From Ostrea edulis (Eukaryota): a DNA stretch of 64,000 bases. This document shows positions 1 through 12,740 of this stretch, in pieces (position 1 is the stretch's first letter; each line of letters begins with the position of its first letter). The position numbers and the translations under genes were made by a program. The stretch covers positions 30,008,001-30,072,000 of the forward strand of contig NC_079164.1 in assembly GCF_947568905.1 (NCBI RefSeq). The letters are read 5' to 3'. Below the pieces are notes generated by a model. It did not search any database. It saw nothing but the letters and a program-made list of their open reading frames with translations, and was not told the DNA's origin.

Positions 1-72
1 GGACACAACTCTTATCTTGAACTAGTGTGCATGTTCTGAAACAAGGGATTTTTTATTTCTTTGTGTTTGCAG

Positions 73-141
73 GTGTCCTTTGAGAGTATTCATGAATCTC
101 TTGCCACACTTCACGCAGAACTCCGCTCATTTCAAGACAAG
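73..141 (+). CDS. Internal coding exon (VSFESIHESLATLHAELRSFQDK) of a gene entering from upstream, possibly the C-terminal part of a formin FH2 domain
   Basis: ttgcag acceptor and GT donor; 69 bp, phase 0-0; joins in frame with the next three exons. Confidence 0.7.
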
Positions 142-232
142 GTGTGTGATCTATTTAAAACAGACATAACTATGCCTAATGAATTCTTGTTTTGTTGTCA
201 ACCTCAGTCATCCAATACTCTGAATTTTGCAG

Positions 233-314
233 ATCCTTGAAAGGTTGACAAAAACGGAGTCATCCCAGTCTGTCACCAGTTTCAGGACAATTGCTGATAA
301 TTTCTTTACTTCAA
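233..314 (+). CDS. Internal coding exon (ILERLTKTESSQSVTSFRTIADNFFTS), same gene
   Basis: ttttgcag acceptor, GTGAG donor; 82 bp, phase 0-1, open frame. Confidence 0.7.
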
Positions 315-435
315 GTGAGATATACTGAATCATAATTCATAACGGCTTTTTCCACTTTTAAAACGTTTCACTTGTATTTAACCCTAAGAAAGATGTAATT
401 GAGATTCATGTCTTGTTTTTGATTAATGTTTGTAG

Positions 436-530
436 CGCAAGAGGTTATGACAGAAGCAGACACTCGTCTTAGGGAAACAAAGGACATGTTCGAAAAGACC
501 AAACTCTATTTTATGTACGACAACCCCCAG
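436..530 (+). CDS. Internal coding exon (TQEVMTEADTRLRETKDMFEKTKLYFMYDNPQ), same gene
   Basis: tttgtag acceptor, cag/GTAAAA donor; phase 1-0. The helical 'F..T..YF' pattern loosely resembles the end of FH2 domains, but the family call is weak. Confidence 0.7.
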
Positions 531-838
531 GTAAAACCTTATTTAATTCAGATGCAAAAGATACCAAAAAACATCATTGTTCCTTAACTCATAGAGATGT
601 TTTATTTTTTCGTTTAAGTGTACTCCACAAGATTTTTTCCAAATATGGGCTGTGTTCCTTCATGACTGCAAATACTACTGGAAGCTGGCTCATAGAAAGA
701 TTGCAAAAGACCGATTTGAATTCGAATTTAAATACAAGGGCCAAATGGTAATTCATGCAATGATGTTGTTTTATGATTTTTACCATAATGAATTAGAAGC
801 AGAATTTCTTTAAGTATCTGTCACTTTATTCTTTTCAG

Positions 839-3325
839 TCTGTTAACTCGGCCCACGGGTACGATAGTTTTCGAGCCAGCATGCTTCGAAGACTCACTAC
901 ATTACACCAGACAATCCCTGATAGAACTTCTGCTGAAAATCAAACTCCGAAACCCCAGCTTAATAACTGGACCGACACAGTAGATGCTAAAACCACAAGT
1001 GAAGTTTTTGATAAAGGAAGTTTCGCGCTTAAGAAACAAGATTTAGACATAACATCTTCTTCATCCCCAAAGCTACTAACGTCTGAGCCCCCTGCAAGTC
1101 TTCACAAACCACAACCAGTGATGAATGGTCACCAGGATGTTCCATTGTTACAAACGTCGTCAAATTATGAAAATCACGAGGACATAGAAAATGTGGGAGT
1201 AGGGCCCCAGTCTGATACCCGTAGTGATCCTATTGACGAAAGACCACCAATGCCATTACCTGGTCAGGATTTAACTGATCAAAAGCTGTCAGAAAAACAA
1301 GCAACATTTTCCATTAAAACATGGCTGAAACGAGAGCCAGGTCGATCTCTTGAAACGCCAGAGCCACAGGCAAAGCGACCGTCTTCTAGTACGACATTTA
1401 GTAAGCTACGTAGTAATTTCGTTCAAAAAATCACTGGCTCTAATAGTCACACACCAAAAAGACCAAATCAGCTCAGTGTCCCCAATCATCAAAATGCTGA
1501 AGTCACCGAATCTTTTGTCAGACCTCTAGAGGTATCCCCTTCATTTACCCCGCTTAAAATAACCACAGACTTTGAAAACATCGACCCATATGTGACAAGT
1601 TTGGGTCGTGAAGATCGACAGAACGTAGAATCCTCAAATAATAATGTAAGGAATTACCCATTCACAAGTTCCGCTGATAGACGAAATTTTGACCATCGGT
1701 GGTCAGCGGGTCGACGTGGAAGACATCCAGGAAGAAACGGATCCGACATTTCTACAGAGTATGCCGGATTGTACCATACTCCTCCTTTCTCAAACACTGC
1801 TGTAGATAGAGATGGATATGCCTCACCAAATGTGATTGGACCATTTACCAAAAGTGATATAAATAACAATGAAAAACACTTAAACGGGGAAAATAATATT
1901 GACCGAGATAGAAGTGTTCATGTTCTTTCTAGAGCACCCTTGTCTCATTCTGACCATCATAACCTTTCATTTCAATCTAGAGATAATGCACCTTCTTTAA
2001 AAAAGTTAAATTCGGGAAATACACCAAACTATAAATCAAAAAGCAATTCTAGACAGGTTCGACTGGATGTGTCTTCTGCTATGAAGTACCAAACAGAAAT
2101 GGGATCACAGCAACTCGCCGAAATGACGCCTTCAGATATGTCGCATACTGATCTGAAAGTCCCAATGCGCGAACACAGACCCCCACCTTCCATAGATAAT
2201 AGTCCTGCTCAAGCAGAGACAAAGAAAGAATCTTCTTGGAGAAAGGAACTAAGTAATTTGTACAACCAGTCTGCAACATCTTCACACACTAACGAAGAGA
2301 AACCGATAAAAATCACATTGGGTCGGGCCCATCAACGACAGCAAAAGGCAGCCCAGCAACAGCAACAACAAAACAATCTCAAACCTATCGCTGGGAATGT
2401 CGGAAACAGTATCACAAAGAGAGATACTCCACCTCAAAAACCACCACGAACTCCACAAATGCAGCGATCACATTGTCATATGGATCTATCCCAAACAAAC
2501 GCAGACCAGGAGAAACCAATAGTTCCTGATAGAAGTCGTGCACAGCATCACGCCATCACATCACTTATCAACCGATTTGAGAAAAACGCTCCTTTAAACG
2601 ATGCTAACTCAATTAATCGTAATTTGAAAAGTAAGAAATTAGTGATCACTTCAACTCCACTGACGGAAAATAAAACATTCCCTGAAGATGGAGAGGATCC
2701 CCCTCCACTGCCTCCGAGATTTGATCATCAGTACCCCGAGGGTAAAGGGCAGTACACTTCTAATTCCAACGAATCAACCCTAGTGAAAACACCGGTTAGC
2801 AACCAGTTAGAAACCAAACAGTCACAAAGTGTACCTAATTATTTACATTCCAAACGTTTTGATATACATATGAGTGATGGTAGTGCCTCCATGCCCAAAC
2901 CCATTCATTCTCGGGAGAGCACTGGTTTGAGTGACGTGGACGGCTACACTGACCAACTACGCAAAGCGGCCAGTAGTTCTGTTTTTGACAGATATAAACA
3001 GCATAAACCCCAAACTCATATTGACACAGATTCAAAGTCCAACATAGAAACTGCTCGTAGGAATCTAAATCTTGTTTACGACAGACAAAGTGTTCCAAGT
3101 TCTAACTACAACACACAGTCCACAAGCACGCATCAACCAATGTCTTCTTATGGAAGTCGTGCTTCCTCTCTGCAAACAAATACTCCAAATTATACCAAAG
3201 TCAGTCATAATCACGTGACCACAGCTCCTTCCTCTTACAACAATCACCGCGCTCAATGGAGGGAGGAGGGTTCAGCAGTCATCGTTAAACCCCCAGTAAC
3301 GCAAGGGATGGTCATGGACTTTTAG
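839..3325 (+). CDS. Large terminal exon encoding a long, low-complexity, probably disordered S/T/N/Q/P-rich tail with PPxKPPR and PPPLPPR motifs
   Basis: cttttcag acceptor at 838 is in frame with the 814-aa ORF (14 extra codons SVNSAHGYDSFRAS); AT-rich 3'UTR-like sequence follows the stop. Confidence 0.85.
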   Translation, partial: SVNSAHGYDSFRASMLRRLTTLHQTIPDRTSAENQTPKPQLNNWTDTVDAKTTSEVFDKGSFALKKQDLDITSSSSPKLLTSEPPASLHKPQPVMNGHQDVPLLQTSSNYENHEDIENVGVGPQSDTRSDPIDERPPMPLPGQDLTDQKLSEKQATFSIKTWLKREPGRSLETPEPQAKRPSSSTTFSKLRSNFVQKITGSNSHTPKRPNQLSVPNHQNAEVTESFVRPLEVSPSFTPLKITTDFENIDPYVTSLGREDRQNVESSNNNVRNYPFTSSADRRNFDHRWSAGRRGRHPGRNGSDISTEYAGLYHTPPFSNTAVDRDGYASPNVIGPFTKSDINNNEKHLNGENNIDRDRSVHVLSRAPLSHSDHHNLSFQSRDNAPSLKKLNSGNTPNYKSKSNSRQVRLDVSSAMKYQTEMGSQQLAEMTPSDMSHTDLKVPMREHRPPPSIDNSPAQAETKKESSWRKELSNLYNQSATSSHTNEEKPIKITLGRAHQRQQKAAQQQQQQNNLKPIAGNVGNSITKRDTPPQKPPRTPQMQRSHCHMDLSQTNADQEKPIVPDRSRAQHHAITSLINRFEKNAPLNDANSINRNLKSKKLVITSTPLTENKTFPEDGEDPPPLPPRFDHQYPEGKGQYTSNSNESTLVKTPVSNQLETKQSQSVPNYLHSKRFDIHMSDGSASMPKPIHSRESTGLSDVDGYTDQLRKAASSSVFDRYKQHKPQTHIDTDSKSNIETARRNLNLVYDRQSVPSSNYNTQSTSTHQPMSSYGSRASSLQTNTPNYTKVSHNHVTTAPSSYNNHRAQWREEGSAVIVKPPVTQGMVMDF

Positions 3326-3805
3326 TGTAATTTGAAAAATGATGATAATTATTTTAGCAAAATTTTAATTTCACAGGGTTCTTACATAATATGCAACCAA
3401 ATATTATATATTTATAATGAATTTATATATGTAATTTCTTTATTATTTACAAACTTTTGTATTTGTGATTGATATTGAATATCAGATCTGATATTTTATA
3501 TTGCAATTTTTAATTTAAGTATTGTTTGATATTTATATAAAGTGATGACTTACAAACATTGACTTTAATGTGTTGTTTTGCTGAAAGTTTTTCCAGAAAC
3601 TATGCGCCCAATTTATTTGCCTACATATTTATTACACTAGCACTTAGACCGATATTAAAAATCTAGCTGACACTTGAAAGAGGGTGATTGCAGAAATCAT
3701 TCATACTTATATTAGGCTAATACTTGATACAATGAAACTGGAAAACAGAAAAAAGGGGAATTTATTCAAACGACGCTTGAAATGATGTTGCAAGACATTT
3801 AAGAT

Positions 3806-3958
3806 TATAGGGCTCACGGCGGGTGTGACCGGTCATCAGGGGATGCTTATTCCTCCTAGGCACCTGATCCCACCTCTGGTGTGTCCAGGGGTCCGTGTTT
3901 GCCCAACTATCTATTTTGTATTGCTTATAGGAGTTATGAGATTGATCACTGTTCGTTG
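3806..3958 (+). mobile_element. 3' module of a Penelope-like (probably Naiad-type) retroelement
   Basis: ctcacggcgggtgtgaccggtc...ctcctaggcacctgatcccacctctgg module recurs at about 12200, 27190, 32665, 33615 and 47700; at 12200, 27190 and 32665 it follows an RT C-terminal fragment. Confidence 0.65.
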
Positions 3959-4724
3959 TAAATTGTGCTGAGGTGTCTTGTGAAATAAGACATTGTCTAA
4001 TTTTATGTTAGATAACACGGTTATTCTTATAGTCTATGGGTGATCGAGTGGGAGTAACTAGATTTAACATTCACGCCGAATCTAACTTTGATAATCATAC
4101 TCTCTACAAGACTGTCATATTTCATCGTGCGTCCAAGGGGTCTTCATTAACAAGATACGTCATAGAAACACATGTGTCTCCGTATGGCAATATATATATA
4201 TATAAAAAAGGATCGACTTTAAACTTACAATGTATGTGATGATGGTGGACAAAAAATGGGCTGTCACAGGAGAAACTATAATACTAAGTTTGATATCCAT
4301 CTGACAAAGGGTTCGAAAGATTCTAAGCAGTATTTTGTTATATCCAGAGTGAACTGACATGTGACCTTGTAAGATTAAAAATGAAAATGAATCATGATAC
4401 CATACGATATTTCAGAGAGTCACCAATATTATGTAATACATTATAAATATGTACTGACCTTGTGACTTAAAAACCAATGGGTCATCTACGTTCTAAAAGG
4501 AACCAATGTGTTAAGTTTGATGTCTGTGAAGCAAAGGGGTCTCAATATATTGGGCGGACACCATCTTCATATCCAGAGTAGATAAACGTTTGACCTTAAA
4601 ATCACTAGAGTTTCGTCTATTCTTTACGGAAAACCAACATAACAAATGTCTGTCAAGCAAAGGGTTTTTAAGACATTGAGAAGACAACATTTGCTCTACC
4701 AACCGACAAGTTCAAGCCAATATG

Positions 4725-4888
4725 TCCATAGGCGTAGCTTGGGTTCGAATATTACCGAGGCAGGGGGTGTGGGGGCGCAGCCCCCCAGAAGCTATCGACA
4801 TTTTAACAACGTAAAAGGTTGGGGTTTTTTTTTTTTTTTTTTACCGAGGCAGCTGCCTCGGTTGCCTCAATGGAAGCTACGCCACTGA
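4725..4888. mobile_element. Small MITE-like element
   Basis: Terminal inverted repeats ggcgtagct / agctacgcc. Confidence 0.45.
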
Positions 4889-6331
4889 TGTCCCTCTTTT
4901 TTCAAGAGGGTATAAAATAATGTAATGCCAGATATTCTGATGCTTGCTTATATGTAACACCTTTGAGCAATTGTATATATATATATATCCACTTGTTTGA
5001 TTTCTTCTCATCTCATTTTGAGATATTTTTCTCGTTGTCTTGATTATATACATGCACTAAAGAATAGGTGACCGTGAATAATAGCTCGTTAGCATAGTGT
5101 AAAAACTTAAACAATTCCATGCATTGAAATTTTCAAAATTGCAGTTTTTATATATGTCAAATATGACATCATAATTGATTAACTGAATCGTAAGTTCACT
5201 TAATTTAATCATTAAAAGGTAGTAACTGTGGGGTTTTGTCAGTTGATATGAAATATGCCAATTCTTAACTTTTGAAATGATTTTCATATGCAGAAATGAT
5301 AGCACAGTTTCTGAACCACCCTGTATATATATATACATGTATATATAACATGGAAAGTTAGGGTGGAAATACTGTACCCGATAGGAAAATGAATATTAAA
5401 CGGACCATATGCACTCTTAGTGACGAAATCAGTAGTGTCTTATTATATGTTGATGCATTTCATCTGACACAGAAGCGGATTCTGATTTTAAAAGCACCAT
5501 TATGACATATTTCAGACGTTGTTTGGTTTACACTGTACTCAAACACAATTACATATGTACATAAAACGCAATACATCACTTCTGCCTTGAAGTACACGTG
5601 ATATTTGAACAAAGGTAAGATAACGTATGAGAATATGATGCTTATCAACTCTCTTCACGTTTCCAACACGAACCTAATACATGTAGTTGTTTAAATTTGT
5701 GGGGGGGGGGGGGCAAATTTCGTGGATTATGGAGATTTTACTGTTCCGTTGGGATGTAGTTTTCGTACATTGAAAAAATGTACATTTATAAACTGTGTAT
5801 TTCGCAGTGGTTTGAAATCATTGGTATACGAAAAGTGAGCCCCCAAGAAATATCATGATTCCACCGTATATTTCATGACAATTACGACGTATTTTATTTA
5901 TTCTGAAATACAACATAAAGTCGGACAAGATTTTGCATACCAAAAATCGCTGCTTACCTTAGAACATATCCCCTGACATTACAGTGTAGAAGTAGTAGGA
6001 AAATCTGATGACGTCAGAGTACGACAGCGCGCACGGGGCTACACTGTACATTGGCCTATGTAACTTTCATGTAAAGAAGCTGGTAGTTGCAGAATAAATA
6101 CATTATGGTGACTATGCATTAAAATGATGGTTGTGTTAAATACCATAACTACAGTAAGCAAAGTATATACAATTGTAATCCAATAAAACAGTACAAATTC
6201 ATGTACATGTAATATTTAGTATGTTACCATGTGTGTGTGAATGTGTGTGTTGTACAGATGTATTTTACGATGCACTACACCCATGAACAGAATTAAGCAC
6301 CCAACATGAGTGCCCAGTGAACCTGGAAATG

Positions 6332-7256
6332 CTAAGTACTAGTATTAGGTCCCAGAGGAATATCGCGTAACCACTGCCAAGTCTTCTTGATGTTCTGGAG
6401 GGCGATCCGGAAGTTCAAAATACTGTCATCCCTTATGCGTTTTGCGTCACTTTTGTCAACACGATAATGGTGAACTAGAGCGACATTCGGTGGCACATAA
6501 TAAGGCCTGCCCCCACGTTTAAATTTCCAGACGTTATGTATGCCAACCACTTCGACTTGTAATGGATCCACTATGTACTTTGACCTGACAGCTCGGCCAT
6601 AAACTTTATCCTCTCTTAACAATTTAAGAAAAGCGTACGATTTGTAGGATTTCGCGATCTCTGTTAAATTATAATCTGAAATAACATATGGCCAGTCTAA
6701 TCTGAAAAACGATGATCGAAACATGTAAGAAGATACATTTCTGGGGAGAGATTCTATCAAATGGTACCAGGATCTGTGAAACTTGGGAATTATCAGTTCA
6801 TCGAGATCCTGAAACACAACATACCTACTAATTCCCCTGTTACGATTCAAACAGTCATTGAGCATTGCTAATTGGCCATAGTAGTGAATTTCTCTACTTC
6901 CCCCACTGTCTGAGCCATTTCGCATCATTGGTAACGGCCATTGTATAATGGAAACAAGTCCCCTGGATTCATAATGCTTTAACAAAGCGTCCACATTCCA
7001 GTCCGTACTAAAGTTGTAGAAGAAAAAATGATCCGCTCCTAACGCAAGACTTACTTCCACCATCTCCACTAGCTGGTAAGCCTTGCTGAATTTTGAGTGC
7101 AGGGGGGAAACACAGACTGTGAAGGTTCGTTCTATTTTCGAGTTATAAATGACTGGTAAAGCTTTAGTTGGCTTCTTACAGTCGTCTGTGACGAGAGACA
7201 CCGCGTGTGGCACGCGGGAATTTGGCATTTTACAGGAATAGAAGGCAGCCGAAAAT
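6332..7256 (-). CDS. Glycosyltransferase family 92 (DUF23, galt-1-like), catalytic terminal exon
   Basis: Motifs FTVCVSPL, LVEMVE...LGADHFFFY, GQLAMLNDCL, VVFQDLDELIIP (DxD); ttttcag acceptor at 7257-7258 extends the ORF by RFSAAFYSCK. Confidence 0.9.
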
Positions 7257-7596
7257 CTGAAAAGAAATTAATACGGATAGTTAGACTACTGCAGGGCAGC
7301 TGGAAGATCCGTGATGGTGCGACACATTTATAAAATATCGGTTCTTTGATTCACTGCAAATATGTATTATGTTTAAGAGAATGCAGGAAACATGTTGCTC
7401 AGAGAAAATAAGGACGATTGTTTTCTCGTTATAATGGAGAATATTAACAAAATAAAATGAAAAAAAGAAAGAAATCAATTATTTGACATTGTTGCCCCCC
7501 CCCCCCCTTTCCAAGCAAGCACACGCATTATCAAAAATATACCTACATGTACATGTATGGACATGAAACGAGTACATGTGTAAAGGTGAACCTCAC

Positions 7597-8045
7597 CTTG
7601 CGGTTTTGGCGTACGTCTCCGGAAGCACGTACAATTTTGCTTTAGAGTGACCACTGACTGTCAAGTTGCCATAGTAATCCGATAATGAATAATTCAATTT
7701 ATTTCCGTTGTAAAAGATACAAACAAAATTCGGTAGATACAACCCTAAATCTACTAGGACAAGTACCCAAACTTGTGCGAGATGACCGATACCAAAGGCT
7801 GAGGCCTTAACGATATAAGGAACAGATGGAAACATGGTATTGAATATAGGTTGTCTATACAGGTGTAGCGGAATCGCTCTTCCGTCCAAACTACGGCACG
7901 GAACATTATCCATTGTTAGATCGTGTCCAGAGGAAACCGGAAATACATAATGTCTGTCGGTGTCTTTAACAAGAAACCTAACTACCACAATCACATATCC
8001 GACCACAAACAAAAAGATGAAATGAAGTAAACGACGGGGGCCCAT
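7597..8045 (-). CDS. GT92 N-terminal exon A (type II signal anchor plus stem)
   Basis: Hydrophobic anchor LLHFIFLFVVGYVIVVVRFL; ends LPETYAKTA-AG/GTGAGG, phase 2, matching the 7256 acceptor and giving a 457-aa protein. Confidence 0.85.
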
Positions 8046-10396
8046 GATGGACGCTATCCGGCCACTGTTAAAGCTCAGGGGGCTGAATATATCTCCACAG
8101 TTCCATATTAAAAAAGATCATTGTTTGCGCACTGATAATCGTGACGGACCGGAACATTTTAAACAAAAGTTTTCCTTTTGTGTCAAATATTTGAATATTA
8201 GAGTTACAGATCTACAGATATATATTTTTCAGTTTCGATTCGTTGCAAACAAACATTTTTCTAAATTGGTTTTTAAACTGAGTTCTGCGCTCAAATACAC
8301 TGTACTACACAGTATGCCAACTATCTATGCTTATCAACCAAATTCTATCTTTATTTTGTTTTTGAAATTGTTTAGCAATAAAAATATATGCACACATTGA
8401 TAGAAATGGAGGAAAACCTGGATTGTCTAGGCAGTGTAACAAAGTAGCAATGTGATCTATAACTTATATCTTCACCTTTGTTTAATGCACAAATGTATTG
8501 ACATCGTGTTCTTACAAGAATTATATATCTTGACTCTGGAACGATATGCAACTTAAACTCTCTAATCTGATACCCAAGTATAATCTATTTAATTGTATAT
8601 TCAAGATAAAATTATCCCCAGTCGTTCTTTTTTATGTTCTTTACATTGTGCAACACGACATACTGTCAAATCCGAAACTAAATGGGTCGACGTCGACAAT
8701 CAAATTAGGATATTCACATTTTTTTTAAAAATTTATTTATTTTTTTTTTTTTTGGTCTCTGATATCTTTACAAATTGTGATGATAGCCATTTCCTCATGA
8801 TTGCGCTGTAAATGTAAACAGCGCAAGTATGAATCTAAATATAGTTTGCCTATTTCAATGACTTGGGAACTCCGATAGAAATGAAAATAGAATGGTTTTT
8901 AAATAAATTACCGACTATATATGGTAAACTTGCATGTAGCCCCCTATACCGCTAAAATTTAATCCGTAATAAAATTGATAAAATCTATATCAGTGCTTTA
9001 TCGCATTGTACAATGTCTTGTTTTCATTTGAGTTTCAAAAACATATTCGCATTTTATAGTGTAAAACAGGCAATTATATCGCATTGGTTCGAATGTACAT
9101 ATACTACTAAAGAGTAAAGGTAAAGAACTCTGAATATAGGGTACCCAGGTTCGACGATAAAAAAAAAATGATTTAAAAGAAATGGTATCAAATTATATTC
9201 TGTATTCTAATATGTTCATACATATTCAATTAATCAATGCAGAAAAATGCCTATTACGTTTCATGCGTTACCTGGACGCTGGCACTGTACTACTAAACGG
9301 AATATTTGTTAATTGTATTTTAAAGTTCAATTTCTTACCCCAATTCATTTACAAAAGTCCATAATGGCTCCAAGTGACTGACAAGTGTAAAACTGACAGC
9401 ACTTTCACTTTGTAATTATTCATACAAAAAGGATGAAAGGACTCAAAACGAGTTATAGACTTAGATATCAATTTTGATAAATAGCAATTAAAATTTTATG
9501 TTTACAAGCTTTTATTATCCAACTCTCTGCTCATCAAAACTCGTTTTTGCTGTCATCTGATATCTGAACAAAACCATTAGAGTGACTGATATTGGAAATT
9601 GTCATTTATTTGTTAACACAATTTTACATCAAAGTACCTGCAAAACTAAATGATATCAAAATTTATTTTTATTCCATTTATTTTTTTATTTGCAAATTTT
9701 AGTATTTGATAATAACATTCATACATACATTCACACATATAGTTTAGTTATAATAACATATCAAGGTTGACAGTACCAAGTAAAGAGTGGAAAGGCATTA
9801 ATCAAAAATATTTTTCCATACAGCCCAGATTGTACTGAATTTTTTAAAATTAAAGATTTTTGAAAATATACAATGGTCAATTTCATATTTCATCCTAATA
9901 TATTGTAAAATTAATTTTTATAGTATCATGAATTATGTTAATAGCAGGCCTTTATAAAGATACTCAGATCTTATATTTATTTTCATCCAAACTACATCAA
10001 CACAGGTGTTTAACGTTATATGATAATGAAGTCCATTTGGATAAGTATACCGGTCAAAATGGCTTTGAAAAGTGAAAGCGCAGACAGTTTTAAAATTTTC
10101 AGTTAATAAGAGCTATTACTAACTTTGAACATCATTTCAAAACTGATATCTTATGTTATCTGATATCTTACTGATATCTTATGTTGCACATTCTATGTAA
10201 TTACTTGTTGCGATTTACAGAACATTCTGTTCAGTGGTACAGGGCCTGGGTAAATTTCGAGTAAAAGGTAATAGGCATTTTTCTTAAATGATTTCTGGAT
10301 ATCTTGGAAAGTACATGGAATTTCGGGACGAACTTTGGATGTAATGTAGATTGATTGTGTATTGTTACTTTTAAAATTATAACGGTGCTACATTAC

Positions 10397-10758
10397 CGTC
10401 GTCCGTGACTCTCTGGACAAAGGCGTAGTGAGGCCGTGATCTGCGTGGTCAAATCCGGCACCCCATCCAACCAAAATACACACATCAAGGTCCGAACAGG
10501 AGCAGACAAATCCAGGAGGGACACTACATCAATGTTGCTGCCAGATTCAAAGGCAGACAAGGCAAGAACGTCATTGGTGCCCACAACGACAGGCACAAAA
10601 TCTGCCGACACCAAGTCACGTGAGTTCTGGTGCCGCAAATGCTTTTTAATAGAAAATTCTTTTCTGACTCGGATCTTTCCATTGAACCAATGCATTGTTA
10701 TGTACAGGAGAAAGAACACGAATACCCATTTATGGGACTTGGCTGAAGCAATCATCAT
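10397..10758 (-). CDS. GT92 N-terminal exon B (alternative anchor plus stem, or orphan paralog exon)
   Basis: Anchor WVFVFFLLYITM; L-C-F and CPESHGR motifs parallel exon A; CG/GTAATG donor is also phase 2. Confidence 0.7.
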
Positions 10759-12199
10759 GATTTTTTCTTAACGAAAGACTTTGAAGACATTCTGAGAAAG
10801 AGAAAAGAAAGCATCCACTTCTATACATGTAAATTCACAAGAGTGGTATTGTTACAGTACAACGCGGCAAATATCTTTTAAATAGCTGGAAGTTTGTACT
10901 TTCAGCATTCTGTAAATAAAAAGTCTATATTTTTTCATCTTACCTTCTCTCCTGTTGTGAAAAACACACAGATATGCATATCCTAATTCTTTTGTTTAGA
11001 AATACACAAAAGATCCATATTCTTATGGTTTACTAGAGCTTATTTATAAACACCACGGCTATCCTGAACTGTGCGTTAGAATATTCAACTGTGTACGTGT
11101 GAACTGAATATCAATAACTGTACGGAAACATCTCGTTTTACAACTGAAATTCGAAATGAGAACGGAATCAACAACTTCACTCGTGTATGAGAATGTTCTC
11201 AAAATCTTAATCGATAAAGAGAGACACTTAAAAAATTTCCGTCCGTATTTCGATAAGCACTCGTACATACAAATTTAATTTAACAAACAAAGTTCATTAC
11301 TACATCGTATCATTGCCCTCTTGAGTGCTATCAATATGGACGCTGATTGTGATACATGTATATAAAATTATAAAAGAGGGGGTCTTCAGCATTTGTGTCG
11401 TCATCAACGTGCGCTTAATCATACCCCATACTTTCTAGTCACAAGAATTGAAGGAAATGAAAACAGTAAAACTTATTAACAAAGAAAGAGCGAAATTGAG
11501 TGAAGAAATAGATACATTATCAATGATCAAAACACTCTATATAGCTAGTCTTGCGTTCATTGAAAACATTTTATTCTGCCCGCGGGCTGACTATAATCAT
11601 AATTCGAAGAACTTCAATTGCGCTTGCGCGTTCAGGGAATTCTGGGAGATGGAACTGAAGTTATTCATTCCTGGTAACTTCGTGTTCAGTGAAACAGGAA
11701 CCTACATATACATGTATACTATAAAATGTACGTCCCTGTTGTAACTCAATAACGTTAATTCACTATTAGAACGCTATAAACTTATTGAAGATGTTGATCA
11801 ATAGAAAGCATGCATTTACAAACTCATTAAACACCTTTATCATAATTATTTAAGCTTTTTTTTAGTACTTTAAAACTCCACTAATTTTATAATTCCATCA
11901 ATTCATTTTCAAAGAAATAAATTTTTAGGTTCCAAGGTATCCAGATATTTACGTAACAAAACTATCAAATTGACAGGAAACACATTGGGGATAGAAGTTT
12001 TCTGTCTCTTGACCAAACAGTACTTAACCTATGGTGCTTTCATCGACGTCCGTAACTTGCGACTGTGTCGTTTGCACTGCTTCCTCGTCGTTTTGCAGCT
12101 AGTCGGATTACGTCTCTGAATTATTTCTTGAATTTGTCTTTTTAGTAGATAGTATTTAGTATCCTATATAGAATACGAATCTAATAGTAGGGCAAGTAC

Positions 12200-12720
12200 G
12201 CACCCTTGAACACACCAAAGGTCAGATCAGGTGCCTGGGAGGAGTAAGTATTCCCTGTGGACCGGTCACACCAGCCGTCGGCGCCTTATCTAAATCGGAA
12301 AACGGAGTAATCCATAGCCAAAATCAATATGTGAAGAACGGCTTAACAATTAGTAAGAAACACATCAGACAGCATTCGACCTAACGACAGATTGTATTTG
12401 CAAATATGGTCATTATAACGACCATATAATTTTTGAAATGCTCGCTTGAAAAGAGACTATTGAAACCCCTGTAACATTGATTGGTTCATTTGTCAGTAGA
12501 TCACCCAGATTAACAAATTGGTCATACGCAGAATATGCCCTCGTATTGAACAGTTGAGAGGCATAAACACCAGAAGTAGAATCATTTGCCTAGGCGGAAT
12601 ATGTTTGCCCTGTTGACCGAACATACGTCAGACAGCGTTCGGCATAATGACAGGTTGTACTTCTATGTATCGTATATCAAAGTGCATAGATTCAATCTTA
12701 AAAACTCAGATGATGTCGCT
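12200..12720 (-). mobile_element. Degenerate 5'-truncated Penelope-like retroelement fragment
   Basis: Similar to 27110-27700 over the RT tail and the 3' module. Confidence 0.6.
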
Positions 12721-12740
12721 GAAGTGTATGGATAATTCAA

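Noticed and set aside
6009-6016. Perfect CRE site TGACGTCA
   Set aside because: A single 8-mer downstream of the GT92 stop, with no supporting evidence of function
8044-8400. 118-aa plus-strand ORF head-to-head with GT92 exon A
   Set aside because: AT-rich intron-like composition and no motifs
9142-10252. Possible TA-flanked transposon (cccagg / cctggg)
   Set aside because: The inverted match is only 6-8 bp, within chance expectation
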